From Candidatus Hodarchaeota archaeon (GTDB lineage Archaea > Asgardarchaeota > Lokiarchaeia > Sigyniarchaeales > SOKP01), in the NCBI GenBank assembly GCA_048887225.1, contig JBHLJY010000002.1:347773-411772 (forward strand): a DNA stretch of 64,000 nucleotides, written 5' to 3'. A program made the position numbers and the translations under genes. Below, one piece after another: positions 42,026-52,141 of the stretch. The notes beneath the pieces were generated by a model, which was given only the letters and a program-made list of their open reading frames with translations, was not told the DNA's origin and ran no database searches. Positions within the stretch are counted from its first letter, which is position 1; every line of letters begins with the position of its first letter.

Positions 42026-42199
42026 TAATCTTTTTCCTAACTAGTAGCAAATGAAAATAAATTTTAAATAGGCAATTAGCTTTGCGGATATTATTTAATT
42101 TAGATAATATTAAAAGAATTAATAATTTTTTGACCATTTTAAAACTTTAAAGGATCTGGCATATAAATCTTAAATTTTTCAAAGCTAAGTTGTAAGAAT

Positions 42200-43054
42200 T
42201 TATTCAATATCATTTACGATTTTCCTACAAATTTTAAGCCATTTTTTTTTATCAAATTTACCTTTAAACCTCGCTATTTTATACAAAGCCTTATTTAAAA
42301 GAGTTAATTTCAACAATGATTTTCCAATAATGGGTGCTCTATTTATCATTTTTCTATATTTAACAAAATATTTCCAAGCTCCATAAGAAGATCCTCTCCA
42401 AAAATGAGATGCGAAAATATTATCATAACCTTTTAAATAGAATTCTTGACAATTAATATTTCTAAACGGTCCAGACTTATAATCTCCTGTATATTTATTA
42501 ACCAATAGTTTTCCTTTATACCCCCTTGCTAAATAATTTTCTCGTACTCTAAATCCCGTATCCTGAGTTGCATCATTGAATACATCTCCAGGACGAAGAT
42601 CAATATTTAATTTTTTAAAAATATCCGTGTAAAAAAATAATGCAAAAACATAGGGAAAATCTTGATATTTAAAAGAAGGACCCTGGGTTCCTATTATGGG
42701 GCATTTTTCATCTAACTCATTAATTAAAATTTCATCCCAATTTTTATGCAAAAATGTAAAATCAGCGTCTATTATAGCACCATATCTTGTATTTATTTTA
42801 TTATATAAATCATTTAATGACGTTCCATGAGCCATACTACCGTTTAAATTAAGATTTTCTACTCTATACAAATAGACATTCTTATATTTTTTAGTATTCT
42901 TTCTTAGATATTCAGCATGTCCAAGGTCAGAATCATTATCTCTGATAATTACTTTAAAATTGTTTTTAGTAATTTTTTCTAAGCAGAGGAGTGTATTTAA
43001 AACAAAATCAGAATCATTATGAGTAGAAATGCAAATGGTTAGTACTGGCTCCAT
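42200..43054 (-). CDS. GT2-family glycosyltransferase
   Basis: IIRDNDS, HG.SL, IIDAD (DxD), QDTG. Confidence 0.75.
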   Translation of the reverse strand: MEPVLTICISTHNDSDFVLNTLLCLEKITKNNFKVIIRDNDSDLGHAEYLRKNTKKYKNVYLYRVENLNLNGSMAHGTSLNDLYNKINTRYGAIIDADFTFLHKNWDEILINELDEKCPIIGTQGPSFKYQDFPYVFALFFYTDIFKKLNIDLRPGDVFNDATQDTGFRVRENYLARGYKGKLLVNKYTGDYKSGPFRNINCQEFYLKGYDNIFASHFWRGSSYGAWKYFVKYRKMINRAPIIGKSLLKLTLLNKALYKIARFKGKFDKKKWLKICRKIVNDIE

Positions 43055-43099
43055 GATTTAGATAAAATGCTAATATAAATAAAAATTATGATTAATTTA

Positions 43100-43290
43100 T
43101 CTAATTGTAATCTTTCCAGAACCTTTAAGAGTGTTTTTTTTTTCTATCTCTCTTATACTTTTTATCTTCTAAATACTTTTCTTTATTAAATAAAGCCCAA
43201 ATATACCAATTTTTTGTAAAAATATGAAATCAACATCCATCAATAATTCCATATTTAGTATTTATTTAACTATGCATTTAATAAATAGAC
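43100..43290 (-). pseudogene. decayed fragment of a paralog of the adjacent GT2
   Basis: 43206..43267 on the minus strand reads INTKYGII/MDVDFIFLQK/NW with frameshifts, versus INTRYGAIIDADFTFLHKNW in 42200..43054. Confidence 0.55.
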
Positions 43291-43401
43291 TACTAAGTCT
43301 CCTATTTTTTATAATAATTTTTAACTTATATTAATACCTTACTTAGAAAATGTTTTATATTTTTAAAAAAAAATAGAAAGGAATTAGTAATTTTATTATA
43401 A

Positions 43402-44127
43402 TCAATTTGAAATAATCTTAAATTTTTTCAGTAATTTCTTTATTTTCGTTTTTCTTTTGATTCTTCTTGATATTTTTCGGATTTTTTTATTAGGTAAAAT
43501 AAATTTTAGACTCTCCTTATATTGTTTATCCGTAATTTCAATATTTAGAAAATCACCAATTTTTTTAAGCGATTCCATTGGATTTTCAATAATTTTATTA
43601 TAGTAAAGATCAATTCTTTTTAATTCAGGAAATTTTGAAAAGAAATTTTCAATTCGCAAATCATAAATCTTTTTTATTTTAAGGGATTTTTCAAAATCCA
43701 TCTTATACTTTCTATAAAGTGACTCTGCAACTTCTTCAGGTTTTCGGTGACACACTATGAAATAAGCATTGGTTAAATAAGGTAAATACAATTCAATTGT
43801 AAGACTTGTTCTGGGATCTTTCCATCCCCATAATTCTGGTTTATTCTTCAATATTTTTTCAATTTCTTCTTTAAATTTTTCTGCTTGGATTAAGATTGAT
43901 TTTTCATCAGGAGGATCAAAAGGATGACCCCCAGCACTTTTCAATATTTCATTATTTAATTTTAGAAAATTTTGATCCTCAAAATAACCAAATGGATTAT
44001 ATTCATATCTACCTTTTATAATATCTCCTATATTTAATCCTAATATGGATAAAACTCCACTTATCATTGAAGTTCCACTTCTATGCATTCCTAAAACTAT
44101 TACGGTTTTGGTCAATTTTGTTATCAC
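43402..44127 (-). CDS. PAPS-dependent sulfotransferase
   Basis: VIVLGMHRSGTS (5'-PSB loop), NPFGYFED, WGWKDPR, HRKPEEVAESL (3'-PB). Confidence 0.88.
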   Translation of the reverse strand: MITKLTKTVIVLGMHRSGTSMISGVLSILGLNIGDIIKGRYEYNPFGYFEDQNFLKLNNEILKSAGGHPFDPPDEKSILIQAEKFKEEIEKILKNKPELWGWKDPRTSLTIELYLPYLTNAYFIVCHRKPEEVAESLYRKYKMDFEKSLKIKKIYDLRIENFFSKFPELKRIDLYYNKIIENPMESLKKIGDFLNIEITDKQYKESLKFILPNKKIRKISRRIKRKTKIKKLLKKFKIISN

Positions 44128-44434
44128 ATTTTATTTTTATGCTTATTAGTGGATAGGAATTTTCTTCCTAATAAAAAATCCTTCCTAAAAAAGTATATAT
44201 TTCTCTATTCTATATCCTATAAAATTCTTCTAGATAATAATTTTTTGTGCATCAATGAGTTAGGGTCTTAAATTCAATAAAAAAGTTAAGTAATAAAATA
44301 TTTAATAAATTCTCTCTAAGTCAAAATAGAATGATTGATAAATTAATTTTTCTAAAATTGATTTTTTAAAAAAAGAAAATATATAATTTTCTTGAGTTAT
44401 ATTTTAACAATTAAATAAATCAGAGGAATAAAAA

Positions 44435-45235
44435 TTGAGAAATATTTCAAACTATTTGAAAAAGAAAATAATTGAACATCTAAAACAATCAGCTAAAAAA
44501 AAGTTGATATTAAGAATAGCTAATGATACTGAGTTTGATTTGAATACCATTAAGAACTTGATTAATAGATTTGAAACAATTCAGACTAATATACCATGTG
44601 CTCATAATGAATTTGAATTTTTTCTGATGTATATCATGTTACTTAAACTCCCAATTGAGGGCCCTATAGTAGAATTAGGTTGTTATAAAGGAGGTTCATC
44701 CGCAAAATTATCTCTAATTTGTGAACTTACTAATAGAACACTTTTTATATTCGATAGTTTTGAAGGTTTACCACTCCCTAATAGTGAGGATGAATTGCAT
44801 CGAGTGGTTCCTTGGACTAAAAATAGAAAGGAAAAAAAATATAAGAAAGGGGATTATTCAGGATCAATAAAAGAAGTAAAAAGAAATATTTCGAATTACG
44901 GATGTATTGAAGTATGTAAATTTAAAAAAGGTTTATTTAAAGACACGCTCCCAGTATTTAATGAAAAACCTGCCTCAATTCTTATGGATGTTGATTTGAT
45001 TGCATCTGCTTATACTGTTCTTAAATATTTGTGGCCTAAATTATTATCTGGAGGTATATTTTTTACCCATGAAGCGTGCGATATAGATCTCGTAAATGCA
45101 ATAACTGATTATTCTTGGTGGGAGAAAAATCTTTATCAAAAACCCCCCTTATTATATGGTGCCGGATATGGAATATCTTGGAGGTGGTATGATTTTTCAT
45201 TTCCCTCAAATTTAGCCTATTTAAAGAAAGATTAA
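44435..45235 (+). CDS. TylF/MycF-family O-methyltransferase
   Basis: VELGCYKGGS, FDSFEGLP, GLFKDTL, MDVDL. Confidence 0.88.
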   Translation: MRNISNYLKKKIIEHLKQSAKKKLILRIANDTEFDLNTIKNLINRFETIQTNIPCAHNEFEFFLMYIMLLKLPIEGPIVELGCYKGGSSAKLSLICELTNRTLFIFDSFEGLPLPNSEDELHRVVPWTKNRKEKKYKKGDYSGSIKEVKRNISNYGCIEVCKFKKGLFKDTLPVFNEKPASILMDVDLIASAYTVLKYLWPKLLSGGIFFTHEACDIDLVNAITDYSWWEKNLYQKPPLLYGAGYGISWRWYDFSFPSNLAYLKKD

Positions 45236-45619
45236 AAAAATCCATAGTTCCAAATTTCTATACGAACATTAGAATAAAAATACTCCATTACTCATAGTTT
45301 TTAGACACCTTTCAGAGGTAGAAATTTCTTTAAAAAAATTTAAAGACAATTTTCAATAAAAATATTAAATTTAAAGAATATTATGAAGTAAAATTATGTT
45401 AATTTTTCCCCTGTTGTGGTGTTAGAATAATTTTTACACTTATTAAATAAAATTAAATAAATTTTCATCCAATTAAAATATTACAGTAATCAGATCAGTT
45501 CTTTTATATCATAATTTTATAATTTTTAACTAAATAATTCCATCTTCAATAAAACTTATTTCAAAAAAACATTTTAATAATTTAATTAGAAGGCTATATT
45601 ATTATTTTAATTTAAAACT

Positions 45620-46537
45620 ATGAGAAATTCTCAGAAAACAGAAAAACTTTCATTTTCAATTATAATGGCAAATTATAATAACGCTAAATACATTGAGGAA
45701 TCAATCCAAAGTGTTATCAATCAAACATACTCAAATTGGGAATTAATTATTGTGGACGATTGCTCTACGGATGACTCTTTAAAAAAAATAAAGCCTTTTT
45801 TAAAAGATCAGCGAATTAAATTAATACAAAACAAGAAGAATTTAGGAGTTGGCTATACTAAAAAGACCGCAGCCGATAATGCGTCAAATGATGTTTTAGG
45901 AGTACTTGACTCAGATGATAAACTTCAAGAAAAAGCTTTAGAAACTATTGCCAAAGCTTATTATAATAATCCTGAATGTGGATTAATATACAGCACAATG
46001 TGGTTCTGTGATGCTGAATTTAAAAATTGTGTAATAAGTAAAAAATTGGGACCAACTATTCCAGATTGTACAAATATTTTTAATCCTAAAATATCGCATT
46101 TCAAAACATTTCGAAAAAAAATTTATAAAAAGACATCAGGTTATGATCCGAATCTAAAAGCGAGTGTAGATAAGGATATCATTTATAAGTTAGAAGAAGT
46201 CGCAAAATTAAAATATATAGATGTACCTCTATACTATTACCGTCACCATGGTGCTGGAATATCTCAAGAAAAAAACAAATTTAGAGCAAGAGTTTATAAT
46301 TATATTGCTAAATGTAATACTTATCGAAGAAGATTAAAGAGAAATCTTCCAAATTTCACAAAAAAAGAATTGTATAATGAATATATTAAGATCACTTTTA
46401 ATAAATTATTTAATTTCGCAAAAAATTTCTATAATTTATTCAAAATTCATAAAATTATTGAATTTTTCTTAAAACATACAGATTATATGCCAAGATTTGT
46501 AAAAAAAGGATTAGAGTTCACAAAAAAGAAATTATGA
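45620..46537 (+). CDS. GT2 glycosyltransferase
   Basis: SIIMANYN, VDDCSTDDS, LDSDD, YYYRHH. Confidence 0.9.
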   Translation: MRNSQKTEKLSFSIIMANYNNAKYIEESIQSVINQTYSNWELIIVDDCSTDDSLKKIKPFLKDQRIKLIQNKKNLGVGYTKKTAADNASNDVLGVLDSDDKLQEKALETIAKAYYNNPECGLIYSTMWFCDAEFKNCVISKKLGPTIPDCTNIFNPKISHFKTFRKKIYKKTSGYDPNLKASVDKDIIYKLEEVAKLKYIDVPLYYYRHHGAGISQEKNKFRARVYNYIAKCNTYRRRLKRNLPNFTKKELYNEYIKITFNKLFNFAKNFYNLFKIHKIIEFFLKHTDYMPRFVKKGLEFTKKKL

Positions 46538-46538
46538 T

Positions 46539-46850
46539 TTATAAAATCTTCTCAATCATTTTTATTAAATCATCTTTAGATAATGCGCCAATTATGGATT
46601 CAATAATCTCGCCATTTTTAAATGTCATGAAAGTTGGTATGCCAGTTAATTCAAGTTTTTTAGGAATTGTTTTATTCCTATCTACATTCATTTTAGCAAT
46701 TTTAACTTTACCATTATATACATGCTCTAAATCATTTAGGATATAATCCATAGTTTTGCAAGGAACACACCAAGATGCCCAAAATTCAATTAGAACTGGT
46801 AATTCAGAATTTACTATTTCATCCTCAAAGTTTTTATCCGTCACATTCAT
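46539..46850 (-). CDS. trxA: thioredoxin
   Basis: FWASWCVPC, GIPT; ATG at 46850 immediately after the SQD1-like stop. Confidence 0.88.
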   Translation of the reverse strand: MNVTDKNFEDEIVNSELPVLIEFWASWCVPCKTMDYILNDLEHVYNGKVKIAKMNVDRNKTIPKKLELTGIPTFMTFKNGEIIESIIGALSKDDLIKMIEKIL

Positions 46851-46851
46851 A

Positions 46852-48381
46852 TTATGTATCAAAAATTGGTTTATGACCTGCAATTTTTTTAGTTCCAGGA
46901 TCGTACTTCTCTAATGTTTTCATCTCACGTTTTTCTCCTTGCCAAGTGGTAACGGGCATTATAGTATGCTTTTTCATTTCAATTCGGTTTTTTACTTCGG
47001 GTTCTAACAAGACTTCGAACATCCTTTCTATTTCTTCTTCTAACTTAACTTGAGGAGTAAATCCAAAACTCCTTGGCAACTTTCTAGATACAACTTCAAA
47101 AGGATGAGCATCAGCCTCAACTCGGGGATTTTCTAACCTTTGTATTTTAACATCTAACTCAAATTTGTTAATTCCTACTTTAGCAACAGATTCCGCTAAA
47201 TCGCTTAATTTATGTAAGCCAGATACTTGGTTAACAACGTCATATTGTCCTGGTTCGGGTGGTGAAATAATTAATCTAATCATGCATTGCATAGCATCGT
47301 TTAATGCTATGAACCCCCTAATTTGCTCTCCTTTACCATATATTGTTAGAGGTATTTCGATGACTGCTTGAGCAACAAATCTATTAATAACAGTACCAAA
47401 CCATTCGTCAATATCAAAACGCGTTCTTAATCTCTTATCCATATCTAATTCTTCTGTATATACTCCGAATATAACTCCTTGCATGACATCATACGATCTT
47501 AACCACCAATATTTACAAGCTTCTAATATGTTAAATGTGTCTTGAACTTTACTTACGTGATAAAAACTTACAGGATCTCTAGGAGTTGTTTCTCCACCTA
47601 AACTCCATTTTCTTCCCTCCCATTTAATAGTAGCATCAGCAGGAAACAAACCTTCGAATAATGGTCTACCTGTTAAAGGAGTTCCAAATTCCCCGAGAGT
47701 TCCTAGCTTTATTAAACTTGATTCGGGGAGTACTTCTTTAATTATCCATAATAACTTTAATGTTGCTAAAACATTATTTTGCTGAACTCTTACGGCATGC
47801 TCCATATCTGCCATACTATAAGGAGCACTAGGTATTTCTGCATAATGGACAATCGCTTCTGGTTTGACTTCCTCAAAAAATTCTTTTACTTTAGCAGTGT
47901 CATTTAAATCTATTCTTCGGAAATTAATATTTTTTCCGAATATTTCTTTAGCGACTTTTAATCTTTCTGTCATTCTTGATATAGGAATTACCGTATGAGA
48001 TCCTTTTTCCATAACGCAATCTCTGCGCGTATAATTATCAATACCACTTACTTGAAATCCAAGATTAGCTAACTTTAATGCTAATGTCCAACCTAAATAT
48101 CCATCAATGCCTAGAATCATTAATCGCATGTTCTTTAAGACATACCCAAAATCAGCGGGAACCCATTCAGAACATTGCTTAAAAGTAATATTTGGTTCAA
48201 AATAACCCAAATCTGGGCGTCTTCTACATTCTATTAAAATTTCCTCCTCATCACTTATTACTCCTTCTACACCTCTCGCTTGACCACATGCTCTAAAATC
48301 AACGTTACCCATTAATTTAGCAGCCGGACAATTCCAGCATGTTTTATTTTCATTATGTAATTTTACCACTACTATTTTCAC
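46852..48381 (-). CDS. sqdB: UDP-sulfoquinovose synthase (SQD1/SqdB/Agl3) with extra N-terminal Cys-rich domain
   Basis: GIDGYLGW, SAPYSM, KLGTLGEFGTP, SFYHVSK, FGTVINRF, PLTIYGKG, NPRVEA. Confidence 0.88.
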   Translation of the reverse strand: MKIVVVKLHNENKTCWNCPAAKLMGNVDFRACGQARGVEGVISDEEEILIECRRRPDLGYFEPNITFKQCSEWVPADFGYVLKNMRLMILGIDGYLGWTLALKLANLGFQVSGIDNYTRRDCVMEKGSHTVIPISRMTERLKVAKEIFGKNINFRRIDLNDTAKVKEFFEEVKPEAIVHYAEIPSAPYSMADMEHAVRVQQNNVLATLKLLWIIKEVLPESSLIKLGTLGEFGTPLTGRPLFEGLFPADATIKWEGRKWSLGGETTPRDPVSFYHVSKVQDTFNILEACKYWWLRSYDVMQGVIFGVYTEELDMDKRLRTRFDIDEWFGTVINRFVAQAVIEIPLTIYGKGEQIRGFIALNDAMQCMIRLIISPPEPGQYDVVNQVSGLHKLSDLAESVAKVGINKFELDVKIQRLENPRVEADAHPFEVVSRKLPRSFGFTPQVKLEEEIERMFEVLLEPEVKNRIEMKKHTIMPVTTWQGEKREMKTLEKYDPGTKKIAGHKPIFDT

Positions 48382-49628
48382 CCCATTAACCCAACGATAT
48401 CTTCTACTGTCGGTTCTTTTAAATCTATATCCCGATTTATAAGGAGAAATGCGTTTTCATTATGTTTACCAGAAAAAATTTTCTCTTTTTCAAAGATTTT
48501 AGCTTTTCCAATTGCACCTTTAAGATTAAATCCTTTATTTTCAATTAACACTAAATCTGGAGCAGCTTCAATCATTTTTCCAGAATAAATTTCTTGTTTC
48601 TCATAAATTTTTTTTATTACTTTTTGATTTTTAAATTTTAAATCATCAAATAACTTTTTTAAATCTTCGATAATCTCCTTTTCATTTTCCTTTCGTACCG
48701 TTCCATTAGGATAACGATTTTTTTTGTTTAAGTAAACTCTACCGGGATCTAGAACAAATGCCTTTGAACCGTTTGTAATACGATTATATTTTTTAAAATT
48801 TTCCGATAAGCTAAGATATCCTTGATTCTCTAAATAAGTATTTAAATTCACATTTTGCGTTATTCGTTCCATACCATGATCAGATAATATTATAAAAGTA
48901 TCTTCTTCTTTTAATTTGCTCTTTATATTCCCAATAATATCATCAATTTCATGAAAATACTCTATAAATCTATAATGATATTGATTTGTATCATCTTCAT
49001 AAACATGCCATAAAAAATGATTAATTCTATCGCTTCCAGTTATTACAGCTAGAAAATTATCCCAATTACATTCATTCCATAAAAAATTAAAAGTTTTTTC
49101 TCTTATTTTTAAAATTCTGAATAATTCCTTAAAAAAAAAATCTTTAGATTGCTGTTTCGCCAATTTTACATCGATGTCAATTTCATATTTTATTTCTTTC
49201 AATTTTGGAATTAAATTTTTTGGATAAATTCCCTTTTCTAGATCTAACGCAACAAATCCAGCGATATGAATTCCATTTAATTCTTTCACTGGATAAGTGG
49301 ATGGTACATTTATAATAACACTTTTTTTTTCAGGTTTCTTATGCCAAAATGATTTACTTTTTAAAGCATTGAAATTAGGAAAACTCATCGAATAAGTATT
49401 TTTAATTATCTCAGTAAATCCATAGATCCCATGTTCACCAGGATTTTCTCCCGTTATTATTGAACTCCAAGAAACGGAGGATACGTGCGGTATTGATGAT
49501 TTCATTACTTTAAACGTAGCCTCATTTTTTAATTGTTTAAAATTAGGCATTACACCCTTATCTGATAAATTGTTGATTAAATCGAATGGAACTCCATCAA
49601 TTCCTAATATTATATTTCTATTTTTCAC
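48378..49628 (-). CDS. alkaline-phosphatase-superfamily (COG3379-like) protein
   Basis: LGIDGVP, PHVSSVSW (Ser nucleophile), DRINH, SDHG, SGKH. Stop overlaps the SQD1-like GTG start. Confidence 0.85.
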   Translation of the reverse strand: MKNRNIILGIDGVPFDLINNLSDKGVMPNFKQLKNEATFKVMKSSIPHVSSVSWSSIITGENPGEHGIYGFTEIIKNTYSMSFPNFNALKSKSFWHKKPEKKSVIINVPSTYPVKELNGIHIAGFVALDLEKGIYPKNLIPKLKEIKYEIDIDVKLAKQQSKDFFFKELFRILKIREKTFNFLWNECNWDNFLAVITGSDRINHFLWHVYEDDTNQYHYRFIEYFHEIDDIIGNIKSKLKEEDTFIILSDHGMERITQNVNLNTYLENQGYLSLSENFKKYNRITNGSKAFVLDPGRVYLNKKNRYPNGTVRKENEKEIIEDLKKLFDDLKFKNQKVIKKIYEKQEIYSGKMIEAAPDLVLIENKGFNLKGAIGKAKIFEKEKIFSGKHNENAFLLINRDIDLKEPTVEDIVGLMG

Positions 49629-49662
49629 TTTAATTTTAAAATTACTTGATTTTTTTCAAGAA

Positions 49663-50595
49663 TCAATTTTTAATAGCAAATATTATGGGTAAATACTTTT
49701 TTAAATATCTGAAATTTCTTTTTTCTAAATATGGAATTAAATATTCAAATGATTCTATACCAAAAGAATCCTTATGATAAGCAGATATTATTAGTTTCAA
49801 ATCTTTTGAATTTGTTATCGTATCATTAGCTCCTTTAATTACTTCTACTTCTGCACCTTCGACATCCATTTTAATAAGATTAACTTTTTTTAATTTTAAG
49901 CTCATTAGAATATTATCAATTGTATCAACCTCAATAGTAGATGGGGCTTTTTTTTTTTCTATTTTTTGATTATTATTAAAAGATGAGGTATATTTTTCTA
50001 ATACAAAATTCTTTCTGCCCTTCGAAGACCATACTCCTAAATTAAGCATTTTAACATTATTTATGTTATTTATCTCTATATTTCTTTTCAAATAATTAAA
50101 ATTTATGATATCCGGTTCGATAGAAATGATATTTCCTTTCTCTCCAACCAATTTTGAAATTTTACATGTATACCATCCAATGCTTGCTCCTATATCTAAA
50201 ACGGTATCACCTTCACTAACGTAAAATTCTTTATCGTACAATTTTTCAATAAATATCTCATGGAAAACGATTAAATCATCCCAAAATAGAAGATAATATT
50301 TAGGAATGTCAAAATAACTAATTAACGCAGCATATAAATACTTTTGATGCAAAGGAATTGATTTCAAATTGTTTTTTGGTAAGATAAATTTAAATTTTTC
50401 ATATTTCAAAATTCCTTCTTTTTTATTTAATATTGAAATTTCTATATCCTTTAACCAATTGTAATTATTTTTCTTTATATGTTTTTTCCGATATAAAACA
50501 GAAGAAAAATACTTTTTATATAAAAATTCATTAAAGTTTGAACCTGCAGTTATGATTTTTTTAAAAAACTTTAAAAAAAATTTTAGGGCAATCAT
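49663..50595 (-). CDS. FkbM-family methyltransferase
   Basis: VLDIGASIG, IEP...N, KMDVEGAE, AYH. Confidence 0.9.
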   Translation of the reverse strand: MIALKFFLKFFKKIITAGSNFNEFLYKKYFSSVLYRKKHIKKNNYNWLKDIEISILNKKEGILKYEKFKFILPKNNLKSIPLHQKYLYAALISYFDIPKYYLLFWDDLIVFHEIFIEKLYDKEFYVSEGDTVLDIGASIGWYTCKISKLVGEKGNIISIEPDIINFNYLKRNIEINNINNVKMLNLGVWSSKGRKNFVLEKYTSSFNNNQKIEKKKAPSTIEVDTIDNILMSLKLKKVNLIKMDVEGAEVEVIKGANDTITNSKDLKLIISAYHKDSFGIESFEYLIPYLEKRNFRYLKKYLPIIFAIKN

Positions 50596-50732
50596 ATATC
50601 CAAATCTATAGATTTAGATTTTTATCAAGGTAAATTATATATATAGTGCTTATTATATTTTGAAATTAAAGTAACTTTATAGCTTTTATAAAAAATTGAA
50701 AATTATATAATTTAAAGTATTTATATAATTTT

Positions 50733-51965
50733 ATGAACATATTGAATTATATTTTTGATAGAATTATAATTTTCTTAAATTTTATTGGCTCGATATATAT
50801 TGTTTTCTTGTTTTTTTTATTGATAATTTCATATCATTTCATTTTATTTATAATTAGAGATTTGAAATATGCAAAACCATTTAAAACAATTAAAGACATT
50901 GAAAATGTTTCAATTAATGATTTAAGATATATCCCATTAGTAAATATTATCGTACCTGCTTGGAATGAGGGTGAAATCTTCAGAAAATGTTTAAAATCAA
51001 TTACAGAATTAAAATATCCCAAATTAAATGTTATTGTAAATGCTGGTGGGAGTATAAAAACAATTAATATAGCAAATTCTTTTAAAGAATATGATTATTT
51101 CACAATCCTAGCTCAAGAGGGAGGAGGTAAAATTAAAGCTTTAAATGAATGTTTGTCGTATATTACAGAGGGAGTGTTGTACTTAGTAGACGCTGATGTC
51201 TGTTTTACTGATGAAATCTTATTAAGAATGTTAATTCCAATAACAAATTATAATGAAAATGTTGTTGTCGGAGGGATTAGACCATTTAAGGATCAAGAAA
51301 ATAAAGTTTTACTGAAATATTTGCTAAGAAATCGAAATTTTGATTATCGTCAAAGATTTTCAAGATATATTCAGACTCAAATATCTGGTGCTAATACTTG
51401 TATAACCTATAAAGTAATGAAAGCAATCGGGAAATTTTCAGAAAATACGATATGGGCTGAGGATGTATCTAGAGGCGCTGATATTCTCTCAAAAGATTTT
51501 AAAATCTACAGATTAATTGATTACAGAGCTAGAATTTATTCAAAATTTCCAGATACGATTAAAGAATGGGCAAAACAGAAAATTCGCTGGAACCAAAATT
51601 ATTTCATATTTTCTTTTCATAATAAAAAAGTAAATTTGATTAAAATAATGATACTCTTTCTCATGTCACTTTATCTAATAATCTTTCCTATTCTATTTCT
51701 TTTTCATTTAGCTCTTGTACTTTTTGGTATATATCTTATTTTTAGTTTATATCTCAAGAAATTAAGGAAAATTTTATTTTACAAAATGACTATAGAAAAG
51801 CAATACTTACAGAAATTAAACGCGTTATTTTTCCTTAAAATTATAATTTATATGTACATTGAAGCATTATTTTATATTTATATTGTATTTGAATCAATTT
51901 TCATTAAAAGTAAATTTAACAAAAGAAAAAATCTAAATTTACCTAGCAAACTTGACAAATTTTAA
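50733..51965 (+). CDS. membrane GT2 glycosyltransferase of the cellulose/hyaluronan-synthase-like (QxxRW) type
   Basis: N-terminal TM, VPAWNE, GKIKALN, DAD, SGAN, AED, QKIRW, C-terminal TMs. Confidence 0.82.
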   Translation: MNILNYIFDRIIIFLNFIGSIYIVFLFFLLIISYHFILFIIRDLKYAKPFKTIKDIENVSINDLRYIPLVNIIVPAWNEGEIFRKCLKSITELKYPKLNVIVNAGGSIKTINIANSFKEYDYFTILAQEGGGKIKALNECLSYITEGVLYLVDADVCFTDEILLRMLIPITNYNENVVVGGIRPFKDQENKVLLKYLLRNRNFDYRQRFSRYIQTQISGANTCITYKVMKAIGKFSENTIWAEDVSRGADILSKDFKIYRLIDYRARIYSKFPDTIKEWAKQKIRWNQNYFIFSFHNKKVNLIKIMILFLMSLYLIIFPILFLFHLALVLFGIYLIFSLYLKKLRKILFYKMTIEKQYLQKLNALFFLKIIIYMYIEALFYIYIVFESIFIKSKFNKRKNLNLPSKLDKF

Positions 51966-52141
51966 AGACAAAACAATTCTATTTCTTTTTCCCTTTTTGA
52001 CTTTAATAGCATTAATAGATAGATAAAAATCCTTAATCATAACCTTCATATTTCTCCTTTATTAAATCTGTAATTTCATCTTTAAAATTAGTTTTTGTTC
52101 GAATTTCAATTTTAATAAAATCAATTTGTCTATAGTCTAAT

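Noticed and set aside
51939-52049. 36-codon minus-strand ORF preceded by AAGGAG
   Set aside because: It is short, overlaps the 3' end of the convergent GT2, has no motif, and is plausible by chance.
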